The position numbers and the translations under genes were made by a program. The notes under the pieces are model-generated. The model was given only the letters and a program-made list of their open reading frames with translations. It was not told the origin of the DNA and ran no database searches. Of a stretch of 36,943 bases of DNA, positions 28,888-36,943 are shown piece after piece. Within the stretch, counting starts at the first letter, position 1, and each line of letters starts with the position of its first letter. Origin of the DNA: Candidatus Poribacteria bacterium (GTDB lineage: Bacteria; Poribacteria; WGA-4E; UBA9662); assembly GCA_046582655.1 (NCBI GenBank), contig JAYGDX010000221.1, positions 1 to 36,943 of the forward strand, given 5' to 3'.

Positions 28888-29090
28888 ATGAAGTCATCTT
28901 CTCTACTGGATCTCTACACCGACTATCTGATTAGCCCCTTTGGTTAAACCACGGCTACAGGACTGTCACGTCTGACCGAAGGTGCCGTCAGCTTACTATC
29001 AAGTAACGTGTTTTCTACCATCACATCAGCAAACAGGTACCGATCTTTGAGGAAAGGTCAGACTATTAGTACGCCAAATTTAGTCTAAAC
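28888..29090 (+). mobile_element. IS701-like DDE transposase N-terminal relic (pseudogene)
   Basis: Manual translation gives MKSSSLLDLYTDYLISPFG*TTATGLSRLTEGAVS, then a frameshift to YQVTCFL...TDL*GKVRLLVRQI*S. This matches the recalled IS701-type N-terminus LLDLYTDYLISSFGQTTATGLS..SHDQVTRFL..DLW..VKPLVRQI. Confidence 0.75.
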
Positions 29091-29359
29091 CAGATTAGCA
29101 CTTGCTTACTTTTGCTAAACCCTAAGTGACGGAGGAACATACTACCAAGTATGAACAAATTATACGATACCAGCACGAGGGACAAACCACCCACAGGGTA
29201 AATAGACAGGTTCACTGACAGTAATTGGTTCTGAAGAATTGTACGGGTGGATGCCAAAGTGCGGGCCATCAGGTAAGCCAGATTCTCAGTGGAAGGGTTC
29301 ATCCCAAGAGCAGATAGAACAATCCTACGATAAGGTACTAGTTTGTACCAACGTACTGT

Positions 29360-30346
29360 TTAGATATCCAAACTCAGCGACGCTCCATGACCTGTAACCC
29401 TAATACGGTTGTCGCTGAACACCTCGACTAACAACCAGTCACCGAACCGTTTAGCCCAGTCGGCCGAGAGATCGACAATCCACCGCCGCGCGCTAACATA
29501 GGTCACGCCGTTTTGTCTCTGAACGGCATTATCGTGCAGGTGCCCGTGAAAAGCCACGGGTACGACATCGGAGTAAGATTCGATGACTCTCTGAACCTCT
29601 CCAGCATTACTGACGCCATAGGGATAATGGATATTGCCTAGGATTTGATGGCTAAAGATAATAGCCTGGTAATCATTGTGGCGAACCTCGTCTAGTTGCT
29701 CACACAGCCATTGAAGTTGCTGGGGTGGAATATAGCCCTCCGCATAGCCTCTGCAAAATGGTTTCTTGTCGGTTCCATCGGGCTCGTATTGAGAATCAAG
29801 GACAATGAACCGCAATTTTTGTTCGGGATAATCGAACTGAAAATAATTTTCCGGAATGAATTGGTTGTCTTCGGGATAATGCCATATGGATCGGATACCA
29901 TCTTTATCAATAGCACCACAGCATTCATGATTCCCCAACACATAGTAGGATGGTCCCTTGAAGAGCCTCATATTCTCCTTGTAGGTTTCCAGGTTTCTGG
30001 TGAATTCGGTTTCTTTGTATCGGGATGGGATACCACCGTTATAACCTTCATGAACCTGGTCACCGTTGGAGACGACGAAACTTGCGCCTGCTGCGTTCAT
30101 CGCTTCCGCAAAGGCCTTGATCCACTCACTATGCTCACCAATATCCGGTCCCAAATCGTGCTCGGTTATTGTATGATGCACATCATTGATTACGCCGAAC
30201 TTCAGCTTTATTTTATTCGAATTCCGTTCTGCATCATGCAACTTTTGAGACAAGGCAGGGGGAGCGAAGTCGGATACCGAAACAGCTCCTGTAGCCACCG
30301 TTGCTTTGATAAACTGCCGTCGATTGATATTTGTCTTATCGGACAT
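29360..30346 (-). CDS. Tat-exported calcineurin-like metallophosphoesterase
   Basis: Twin-arginine signal INRRQFIK and motifs DVH, GDQ, GNHE, SH, GHLH. The start is set at MSDKT; the ORF track starts at 30364. Confidence 0.88.
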   Translation of the reverse strand: MSDKTNINRRQFIKATVATGAVSVSDFAPPALSQKLHDAERNSNKIKLKFGVINDVHHTITEHDLGPDIGEHSEWIKAFAEAMNAAGASFVVSNGDQVHEGYNGGIPSRYKETEFTRNLETYKENMRLFKGPSYYVLGNHECCGAIDKDGIRSIWHYPEDNQFIPENYFQFDYPEQKLRFIVLDSQYEPDGTDKKPFCRGYAEGYIPPQQLQWLCEQLDEVRHNDYQAIIFSHQILGNIHYPYGVSNAGEVQRVIESYSDVVPVAFHGHLHDNAVQRQNGVTYVSARRWIVDLSADWAKRFGDWLLVEVFSDNRIRVTGHGASLSLDI

Positions 30347-30486
30347 GACGATTCCAGTGTTCAAAGTTCAACAGGGGTTTGGCTCAACATAAGCCCATTA
30401 TACGACGTAATCACTTTTGTTCTTTCTTACTACCAAGTTTGAAAACTCTGTTTATTTGCTAGTTGTTTTGACAATTCAGATAGTGA

Positions 30487-30515
30487 ATTCTATCACGATT
30501 GACGTATCGGGGTAA
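30487..30515 (-). promoter_or_regulatory. 29-bp promoter-like element, copy 1
   Basis: Minus strand TTACCC-N17-TAGAAT with a TG extended -10; 26/29 identical to 32234-32262. Confidence 0.6.
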
Positions 30516-30869
30516 AGAGGTGGGTTCGCTGTCAGGAATTGGTTCTGACGAATCGGGCAGATACAGAATGACAAGATAAGAACTGGTTAGGTGCCAACCC
30601 GCCTATATCAGGCTACACTCTTCTGGATGGCGGGATGAAATGCGAGGTTACGCTGTCTTGGAAGCTGTTCCTTTGCGCTGGAAAATTATCCGACGTATTG
30701 TATGTACCGCCGTGTCTAATGTATTGCTGTTGCGTAGATCCCCAGCTTCTGGGTCACATCATCATCAACCCGAAATGTGATGAATAGCAAGAAACTGCAT
30801 AGCATTTGGCTTTTTGGTTTTTCACAGCTGTCAAATTCGGTGCAGGATACCTCATGCCTGAAAATCCCT

Positions 30870-31955
30870 TTATGACATCATATCTTCGACAGCCTCCAAC
30901 TCCGCCTCGACATACGGTTGTTGGAACGCACTATCAGTTGGTTCTCCATCCCACATCAAAACCGGTGACGGATTTGGAAGTTCCCAATTGCCCAATTCCT
31001 CTCGCCGAACAAAAGCTCCATCGTATTCCAGAATCGAATAGAATGGCAAGAGAAACATCGTCAATTTTTCCATCAATTGATCTCCAGTCTCTGGCGATTC
31101 GCCCGTTTCGAACATCTCCTGAATAACCAGTTGCAATGCATTCCACGTGTTATAACGAAAATATCCTGGGCGCGCTGGTATCTTACCTTCTGCATCTCCT
31201 TGATGGTCGCCGAAAATACGCATATACGCCTGTCCATCCGCGCCACTGACCAGTTGCAATGAACCGTGGTACGGATGGCTCGGGTGGTCATGCTCATAGA
31301 TAACAAGACCATTGGGCTTTCGCCAATTAATAGTATGATATGCTGCTCCTGTCATCTTGCCCCGACCTTTTTTGATTTCGTCTCGTAATACGGCATGGAT
31401 GTACCAAACACCGTGTAGTCCATGCGAATAATAATCGCTCATCGAATTATGCGCTACATAGCCCTTGATATCCGTCATGTCGGCTGCTTTAGCGCGCAGA
31501 TCACCTACGCTTTCGGTATATTCCCAAGTCGATGCGGTCAACAGGGCGGTGCCGTGTTCTGCAGCCAGATCCACCATCGCCTGTCCCTTCGCCAAGGAGG
31601 TGGCAAAGGGACGGTTGACGAACGTCGGAATACCCGCCTCCAGAAAAGGTTTTGCCAACAGTGGATATAACGAAATCGCACCAATGTCGTCGATATATAC
31701 GCCATCAATATGCTCGATCATGTCAGCAGGATGCTGCACAACCTCCAGACCTTGGAATGATGATTGTAATCGCTCTGCCATATCAGGCCTAATGGTCCAG
31801 ACATGAGTCAACACCATACCTGTTGTGCGGAGATGGCCTGCCGGCGGATTCATTGTGTTGCCCCAGATAGAGTGTGTATGACCGCCAGCTCCGGCTATAA
31901 CGCCAACGCGGACAAGATCATAAGGAGAAGACCGGGTAAAAGACGACGTAGTCAT
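30870..31955 (-). CDS. Divergent Gfo/Idh/MocA-like NAD(P)-binding protein
   Basis: VRVGVIAG..H, DMIEHIDGVYI, LAKPFLEAGIPTFVNRPFATSL, YYSHGLHGV; AAGGAG upstream. Confidence 0.7.
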   Translation of the reverse strand: MTTSSFTRSSPYDLVRVGVIAGAGGHTHSIWGNTMNPPAGHLRTTGMVLTHVWTIRPDMAERLQSSFQGLEVVQHPADMIEHIDGVYIDDIGAISLYPLLAKPFLEAGIPTFVNRPFATSLAKGQAMVDLAAEHGTALLTASTWEYTESVGDLRAKAADMTDIKGYVAHNSMSDYYSHGLHGVWYIHAVLRDEIKKGRGKMTGAAYHTINWRKPNGLVIYEHDHPSHPYHGSLQLVSGADGQAYMRIFGDHQGDAEGKIPARPGYFRYNTWNALQLVIQEMFETGESPETGDQLMEKLTMFLLPFYSILEYDGAFVRREELGNWELPNPSPVLMWDGEPTDSAFQQPYVEAELEAVEDMMS

Positions 31956-32233
31956 AAATTACTCCTTCTTGAAATGGTATATCCCACATTAAATCCATAA
32001 AATGTGATCTGACGATACGACATAAATCTTACATTTCACCGCTTTGATCAGAGAACTTGTCGAATTCCGCCTGAGTTATTTCGATCGAAACCTACCAGTC
32101 TATCCAAGAGTCACGATCTTTGGATTTCAAGTGAAGGCATCGAGCGAACTCTATATCTTGACAGGAATAGGAGGTAAATACGTCCTACATTATTAATTGC
32201 CCTTTTGGGTCTCAAGTTGCCGAGTTTATCTCC

Positions 32234-32262
32234 ATTCTATCACGATTGCTGTATCGGGGAAA
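32234..32262 (-). promoter_or_regulatory. 29-bp promoter-like element, copy 2
   Basis: Minus strand TTTCCC-N17-TAGAAT with a TG extended -10; 26/29 identical to 30487-30515. Confidence 0.6.
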
Positions 32263-32350
32263 CTATAACGCTCAGTTGGTTGCTCTCACTATCCTCCATC
32301 AGCAAGGTGAAAATTATCAATAACACCGGAAGTAAACCCTAGTACATATA

Positions 32351-32411
32351 CGCTGCCACTGTGCTTTCCGTGATGAGGTAGTTACGACATCGCCAACTGC
32401 CAGTGGCAGCG
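32351..32411. repeat. GC-rich inverted repeat in a divergent intergenic region
   Basis: CGCTGCCACTG (32351-32361) / CAGTGGCAGCG (32401-32411), a perfect 11-bp pair enclosing 39 nt with an inner GTAGTT/AACTGC helix. Confidence 0.6.
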
Positions 32412-32497
32412 AGGACGGATAACAGCCATTCTGTAATTAGTTGGTATGATTAGAAGAAATTCATTGCCCAACCAAGCAAAATCATAAAATTATCCTG

Positions 32498-32525
32498 TTG
32501 AAACAATCTGGGATTATGCTAGACT
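32498..32525 (+). promoter_or_regulatory. Putative sigma70 promoter for the galM operon
   Basis: TTGAAA-N16-TAGACT with a TG extended -10, followed by an AAGGAG RBS before 32570. Confidence 0.45.
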
Positions 32526-32569
32526 AAGGGGCATAATTTTCGGATTAGGGAAGGAGTAAAAGAAACAAA

Positions 32570-33700
32570 ATGGATTTTTCGATGCAATCATTGTCACTGC
32601 TGTTAGTGCTCAACCTAACAATTGGTCTTCAGGCAGCACATCATCATGTTCAAAAAGAGGATTGGGGAGCTGTCGATGGTCAGGCAGTTCACCTCTACAC
32701 TCTGAAGAATAAAAACGGGATGGAAGCCAAAATCACCAATTATGGTGCGATGCTAACCACTTTGCATTTGCCCGATCGAGAAGGGGAGCTGGCCGATGTG
32801 GTCCTCGGATTTGATAATTTGCAGGGCTATCTTGATGGTCATCCGTACTTTGGCTGTACCGTTGGCCGAGTCGCTAATCGGATTGCCAATGGTAAGTTTA
32901 CGTTGGATGGTCAGGAATATACCTTGGCGATTAACAATGCTCCCAATCATTTGCATGGTGGGGATCAAGGCTTTGATAAAAAGGTCTGGACAGTTGAAGA
33001 AGCTGATTCGCAATCAATTAAGATGGTCTACACCAGTCCCGATGGAGAGGAAGACTATCCTGGCCAATTAACAGCTACTGTTGTTTATTCTCTTTCCGAT
33101 GACAATACGTTACAAATAGAGATGTCTGCTACTACAGATGCAACGACGATTGTTAATCTGGTCAATCACTCCTACTGGAATTTAGCAGGTCACGATTCGG
33201 GTGATATTCTTAGCCATGAACTGATGCTGAATGCACCGGCCTATACACCAGTCGATTCAACCTTTATTCCCACTGGCACAATTGACTCGGTAAAAAAAAC
33301 GCCATTCGACTTTACCAAAACCAAATCAATCGGAGCGGACATCGGAGAACTGACTGGAGATGGGAAAGACAATCCAGGTGGATACGACATCAACTTTGTC
33401 CTAGATGGCAAGTTGGGTGAAATGAAATTGGCAGCGAGAGTGAAGGATCCCAAGTCTAGTCGAGTAATGGAAATTCATACTACGGATCCTGGTGTTCAGT
33501 TCTATACTGGTAATTTTCTGGATGGAACTGTCAAGGGAAAAGGTGAAGCCGTTTACGGAAAACACGCCGCCTTCTGTTTAGAAACCCAGAAGTATCCCGA
33601 CTCAATCAATCAGGAAGAAACCGAAGGGTGGTATTCGGTGATTCTTCATCCGGGTGAAACCTACAGCCACACTGATCTATACAAGTTTTTTTCGGACTGA
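32570..33700 (+). CDS. galM: Aldose 1-epimerase (galactose mutarotase) with N-terminal signal peptide
   Basis: GRVANRI, NHLHGG, YPG, NHSYWNL, GYDINF, GVQFYTGNFL, FCLETQ; N-terminus SLSLLLVLNLTIGLQA. Confidence 0.95.
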   Translation: MDFSMQSLSLLLVLNLTIGLQAAHHHVQKEDWGAVDGQAVHLYTLKNKNGMEAKITNYGAMLTTLHLPDREGELADVVLGFDNLQGYLDGHPYFGCTVGRVANRIANGKFTLDGQEYTLAINNAPNHLHGGDQGFDKKVWTVEEADSQSIKMVYTSPDGEEDYPGQLTATVVYSLSDDNTLQIEMSATTDATTIVNLVNHSYWNLAGHDSGDILSHELMLNAPAYTPVDSTFIPTGTIDSVKKTPFDFTKTKSIGADIGELTGDGKDNPGGYDINFVLDGKLGEMKLAARVKDPKSSRVMEIHTTDPGVQFYTGNFLDGTVKGKGEAVYGKHAAFCLETQKYPDSINQEETEGWYSVILHPGETYSHTDLYKFFSD

Positions 33701-33739
33701 GCGAACATTTGAGACCATCGATACGGCAGGCAAACAACA

Positions 33740-36736
33740 ATGCGAGTGAGTAGACCCCAAAAGGCTATTCTTTGGACTGTTTTTTTACTGATGAGTTGGG
33801 TGGTTGCACCCATGATTGGGGCTGAAAACGCCTACTGGGCGTACCAGCCTATCACCATTCCAGACATACCATCCATAAAGGACCAAGAATGGGTCAAAAA
33901 CTCAATTGATACTTTCATCCTGAATCAGTTAGAAAAAAACGGACTATTCCCAGCCATACCGGCAACGAAACAGGCTTTGATTCGACGTGTCTATTACGAC
34001 CTGATCGGTCTACCTCCATCACCAGAAGAAATTGTATCATTTGTTAATGATACAGATCCAATGGCTTACTCTAAGTTGCTTGACAGATTGCTTGCTTCTG
34101 AGCAATACGGCATCAAATGGGGACGACACTGGCTGGATCTGGTACGATATGCGGAAACCAACGGCTATGAGCGTGACGGCAATAAAGCTTACGCTTGGCG
34201 GTATCGGGATTATGTCATTGATGCTTTCAATAAAGATAAACCCTATGATCAGTTTATTCGTGAGCAACTGGCTGGAGATCTACTAGACCAGGTGACACCG
34301 GAGACAATTGTCGCCACAGGCTTCTACCGACTTGGAATATGGGATGATGAACCCGCCGATCGACTCTTGGCCCGCTACGATTATCTGGATGATATTGTTT
34401 CGACGACAGGACAAGTGATGTTGGGGATATCGATGGGGTGTGTGCGGTGTCACGATCACAAAGCTGATCCCATTTCCATCAAAGACTATTATAGCTTTTT
34501 GGCCTTTTTTAATGATATCACGCCGCATAGTAACAATCCTCTGGTGGATATTGGTACGCCCGCCCAGAAGCAAGAACACCAGATTAAAGTCGACCATAAG
34601 AAATTGGCAGAAGAAAAGTTGCAAGACCAGATCTTTAAATTGGAAGAGGAACTGAAAGCAACGTTGCTAGAGCCCACAAACCAGACACCCGATCATTCGG
34701 ATACAGATCTTGTCGATCTAACCTACCGCTTTTACCGAGATACATGGGACCAGTTGCCAGATGATTTCGATCAACTCCGAGAAGAAACAGAAGGCCAGAT
34801 AGTTTCTAACCGGTTCACACTCCGACCTGCTAGCCGAAACAAATCTATTGGTTTGGTCTTTGAAGGCAAGTTGCGTGTGCCTGCAGATGATGATTACACT
34901 TTTCACATAAATAGCATTGGCGGATCACGTCTGTGGATTAATGGTCAGAAGGTGACGGAGTTGGTGAAGGCCAAAGGAGGATATCATCAAGGGACTGTTG
35001 CATTAATGGCTGGTTATCAACCAATCCGGCTGGAGTATTTCAACCAAAACGCAGATTTTCCCAGTTTACAGGTCTACTGGTCATTATCTGGAGAAAGAGG
35101 TCAAAGGCGTCATCTCTCGGATGCGACTACTATCCTGTCCAACTCCCGATCAACTGGGCAACCCTGGTCTTATACATTTGAGCCTCCAACCGAAGATTGG
35201 ATTAAACTCAACTTCGACGATAGTGAATGGGAAACAGGCATTGGTGGGTTTGGCACACATGGAACACCCGGTGCTGTAGTGCGAACAGTTTGGAGCACAC
35301 CGCAGATCTGGTTACGTAAAACGTTCGAGTTGGATCATATTCCGACTCGAGTGGGTTTAAATCTCCATCACGATGAAGATGTGCAGGTCTTCATTAATGG
35401 GACACGCGTTACTAATCGACGAGGTTATTTGACTAGCTATCGAACAGTTGACTTGAAAAAATCTGCCTTGAAAATCGGGCAAAATGTGATTGCCGTTAAT
35501 TGTATACAAACGGGTGGTGGTCAGTATATTGATGTTGGAATTGTAGCCAATCCAGTGGCAACTGATATCGATGAGCTACTGAAACAACACACTGACCAGA
35601 TTGAGGCTTCACCAGATCTACAAGTTCAGGTTGAACAACACCAGAAGCTGAAAAAAGAGCGAGATGATAGTCGTAAAAAAAAGATTCCCTATTCATACAT
35701 GGCATTGGCTGTTCAAGACGTTGGCACCTCGCAAGTTCATATTTTGGAACGCGGCAATCCAAGATTGCAAGGTGATCCTGTTGAACCGAGTTTCCCCACA
35801 GTTTTACGACATTCCGCATCACATCTAAAACTGCCGCTGGAAGAAGACCAGAGCAAAACCAAGCGACGCGTGGTAGCGGAATGGATCGCCAACCCAGAGA
35901 ATCCGATGACCGCACGAGTGATGGTCAATCGGATTTGGCAACACCATTTTAGTCGTGGGATTGTTAGGTCGAGTAACGATTTTGGTAAGTTTGGAACTCA
36001 AGCAACACATTCGAAATTACTGGATTGGCTGGCACACGAGTTTGTCAGTAATCAATGGCGAATCAAATCCTTGCACAAGAAGATTATGATGTCCAATACT
36101 TACCAAATGTCTGCCCAAGTCAATGAAGAGGCCTTAGTTGTAGATCCACTCAATGATCTATTTTGGCGGTTCGATATACGTCGACTGACCGCCGAAGAGA
36201 TCCGGGACTCGGTTTTGTCAGTTTCCGGCAACTTGAATGAGAAACTGGGTGGACCAAGTGTCTTTCCTGAATTGCCAGAAGAGGTTTTAGCCACATCTTC
36301 TCAACCCACGCGAGTTTGGGGTAAATCCCCGCTCGAAGAAGCCAATCGACGTAGTGTTTATGTCAAAGTTAAGCGGTCTTTATTGGTTCCAATTCTCAAC
36401 CAATTCGACATGGCCAACACAGACTCCACCTGTGCCGTCCGATTTATGACGATGGTTCCCACTCAGTCGTTAACAATGTTGAACGGTAAGTTTATTAACC
36501 AGCAAGCAGTCGCTTTCGCTGAACGAATTCGCCAGCAAGGAGGATCGGACTTAACCGATCAGATTCAGTTTGGGTTGCGCTTAGTCCTATCTCGTCAACC
36601 TAGCATTGAAGAAATGGCATGGGCAACTGAATTTGTGGAAACACTGGCCAAAAAAGAACAAGTGGATAAAAAGGTTGCATTAGACCGATTTGCCTTGTTA
36701 GCACTTAATCTCAACGAATTCATTTTCCTTGATTAA
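33740..36736 (+). CDS. DUF1549 + PA14 + jellyroll sugar-binding-like + DUF1553 (PSD1-type) exported protein with one CxxCH heme motif
   Basis: Signal peptide; DUF1549 motifs YWAYQP, NSIDTFI, LIRRVYYDLIGLPP, WLDLVRYAET and CVRCHDHK; PA14-like FEGKLRVPADDDYTF..GSRLWING..IRLEYF; jellyroll WLRKTF..HDEDVQVFING..GQNVIAV; DUF1553 motifs ARVMVNRIWQHHF, RRLTAEEIRD, RRSVY. Confidence 0.9.
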   Translation: MRVSRPQKAILWTVFLLMSWVVAPMIGAENAYWAYQPITIPDIPSIKDQEWVKNSIDTFILNQLEKNGLFPAIPATKQALIRRVYYDLIGLPPSPEEIVSFVNDTDPMAYSKLLDRLLASEQYGIKWGRHWLDLVRYAETNGYERDGNKAYAWRYRDYVIDAFNKDKPYDQFIREQLAGDLLDQVTPETIVATGFYRLGIWDDEPADRLLARYDYLDDIVSTTGQVMLGISMGCVRCHDHKADPISIKDYYSFLAFFNDITPHSNNPLVDIGTPAQKQEHQIKVDHKKLAEEKLQDQIFKLEEELKATLLEPTNQTPDHSDTDLVDLTYRFYRDTWDQLPDDFDQLREETEGQIVSNRFTLRPASRNKSIGLVFEGKLRVPADDDYTFHINSIGGSRLWINGQKVTELVKAKGGYHQGTVALMAGYQPIRLEYFNQNADFPSLQVYWSLSGERGQRRHLSDATTILSNSRSTGQPWSYTFEPPTEDWIKLNFDDSEWETGIGGFGTHGTPGAVVRTVWSTPQIWLRKTFELDHIPTRVGLNLHHDEDVQVFINGTRVTNRRGYLTSYRTVDLKKSALKIGQNVIAVNCIQTGGGQYIDVGIVANPVATDIDELLKQHTDQIEASPDLQVQVEQHQKLKKERDDSRKKKIPYSYMALAVQDVGTSQVHILERGNPRLQGDPVEPSFPTVLRHSASHLKLPLEEDQSKTKRRVVAEWIANPENPMTARVMVNRIWQHHFSRGIVRSSNDFGKFGTQATHSKLLDWLAHEFVSNQWRIKSLHKKIMMSNTYQMSAQVNEEALVVDPLNDLFWRFDIRRLTAEEIRDSVLSVSGNLNEKLGGPSVFPELPEEVLATSSQPTRVWGKSPLEEANRRSVYVKVKRSLLVPILNQFDMANTDSTCAVRFMTMVPTQSLTMLNGKFINQQAVAFAERIRQQGGSDLTDQIQFGLRLVLSRQPSIEEMAWATEFVETLAKKEQVDKKVALDRFALLALNLNEFIFLD

Positions 36737-36764
36737 CTTCAACTAATTTCAATGGAACGCAAAA

Positions 36765-36943
36765 ATGAAAGATCTAAAAAAACAAAGTAGAAAAGAAATT
36801 GGCCAGAATTTTTGTGGCCGTACCCGACGTGAATTTCTCCATACACTAGGTGGTGGCTTCACTTCACTCGCACTGACGGGTCTGCTCTCTTGGGATGGGT
36901 TTCTTAATAACCAAGCGGTTGCCGCCGATGATGTTACCAGTTA
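36765..36943 (+). CDS. Probable DUF1501 family Tat-exported protein, N-terminus only (runs off the window)
   Basis: Manual translation MKDLKKQSRKEIGQNFCGRTRREFLHTLGGGFTSLALTGLL...AVAADD shows a twin-arginine signal. It sits directly after DUF1553, the usual position of DUF1501. Confidence 0.75.
   Translation, partial: MKDLKKQSRKEIGQNFCGRTRREFLHTLGGGFTSLALTGLLSWDGFLNNQAVAADDVTS

Noticed and set aside
29066..29302. 78-aa minus ORF beginning NPSTENLA, like a QueD C-terminal motif
   Set aside because: Only an 8-residue resemblance, the rest does not fit, and it overlaps the IS relic.
29696..30442. 248-aa plus-strand ORF
   Set aside because: Antisense shadow of the metallophosphoesterase, with no recognisable motifs.
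30704..30805. Minus-strand ITFRVDDDVTQKLGIYATAIH*TRRY, reminiscent of a CopG/ribbon-helix-helix antitoxin
   Set aside because: Too short, interrupted by a stop, and no partner toxin; could be chance.
32345..32420. Hammerhead, ZTP or fluoride riboswitch resemblance
   Set aside because: Core conserved nucleotides and pseudoknot partners are missing. Kept only as an unassigned hairpin.
1..36943. tRNA, rRNA, CRISPR arrays, integrases, defence systems
   Set aside because: By eye I found no T-loop/anticodon-arm patterns, regularly spaced repeats, or cas, recombinase or defence-gene motifs. tRNAscan-SE and CRISPR finders were not run.

Overview
Bacterial genomic window, most consistent with a marine Candidatus Poribacteria-like organism. 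This is an inference from the gene repertoire: five PhyH-family dioxygenases, secreted LamG proteins with a V-x-P-x3-(L/V)-T-T-(T/S)-W-x2-I-K tail, a sulfatase, CRTAC1/FG-GAP and DUF1549/DUF1553/DUF1501 proteins. Most of the window is carbohydrate and organic-acid catabolism: a sulfatase, two enolase-superfamily dehydratases, gluconolactonase, an SDR, two Gfo/Idh/MocA-like proteins, an exported mutarotase and a Tat metallophosphoesterase. The central part (about 15.4-29.1 kb) is a mosaic accessory region with an orphan VRR-NUC nuclease, a shattered PQQ-like beta-propeller pseudogene, a decayed GbsR/MarR repressor ahead of an intact LolD/LolE/LolA-like export operon, a GC-rich PhyH gene and an IS701-like transposase relic missed by the ORF track. 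I saw no rRNA, tRNA or CRISPR array. The best candidates for undescribed biology are the shared C-terminal tail of the LamG proteins (possible sorting signal), the galM-DUF1549/PA14/DUF1553-DUF1501 operon (possible periplasmic sugar redox system), the mirror-image PhyH/dehydratase divergon, and a pseudoknot-topology inverted-repeat element at 1046-1159. All family calls come from motif recognition by eye, not database searches.
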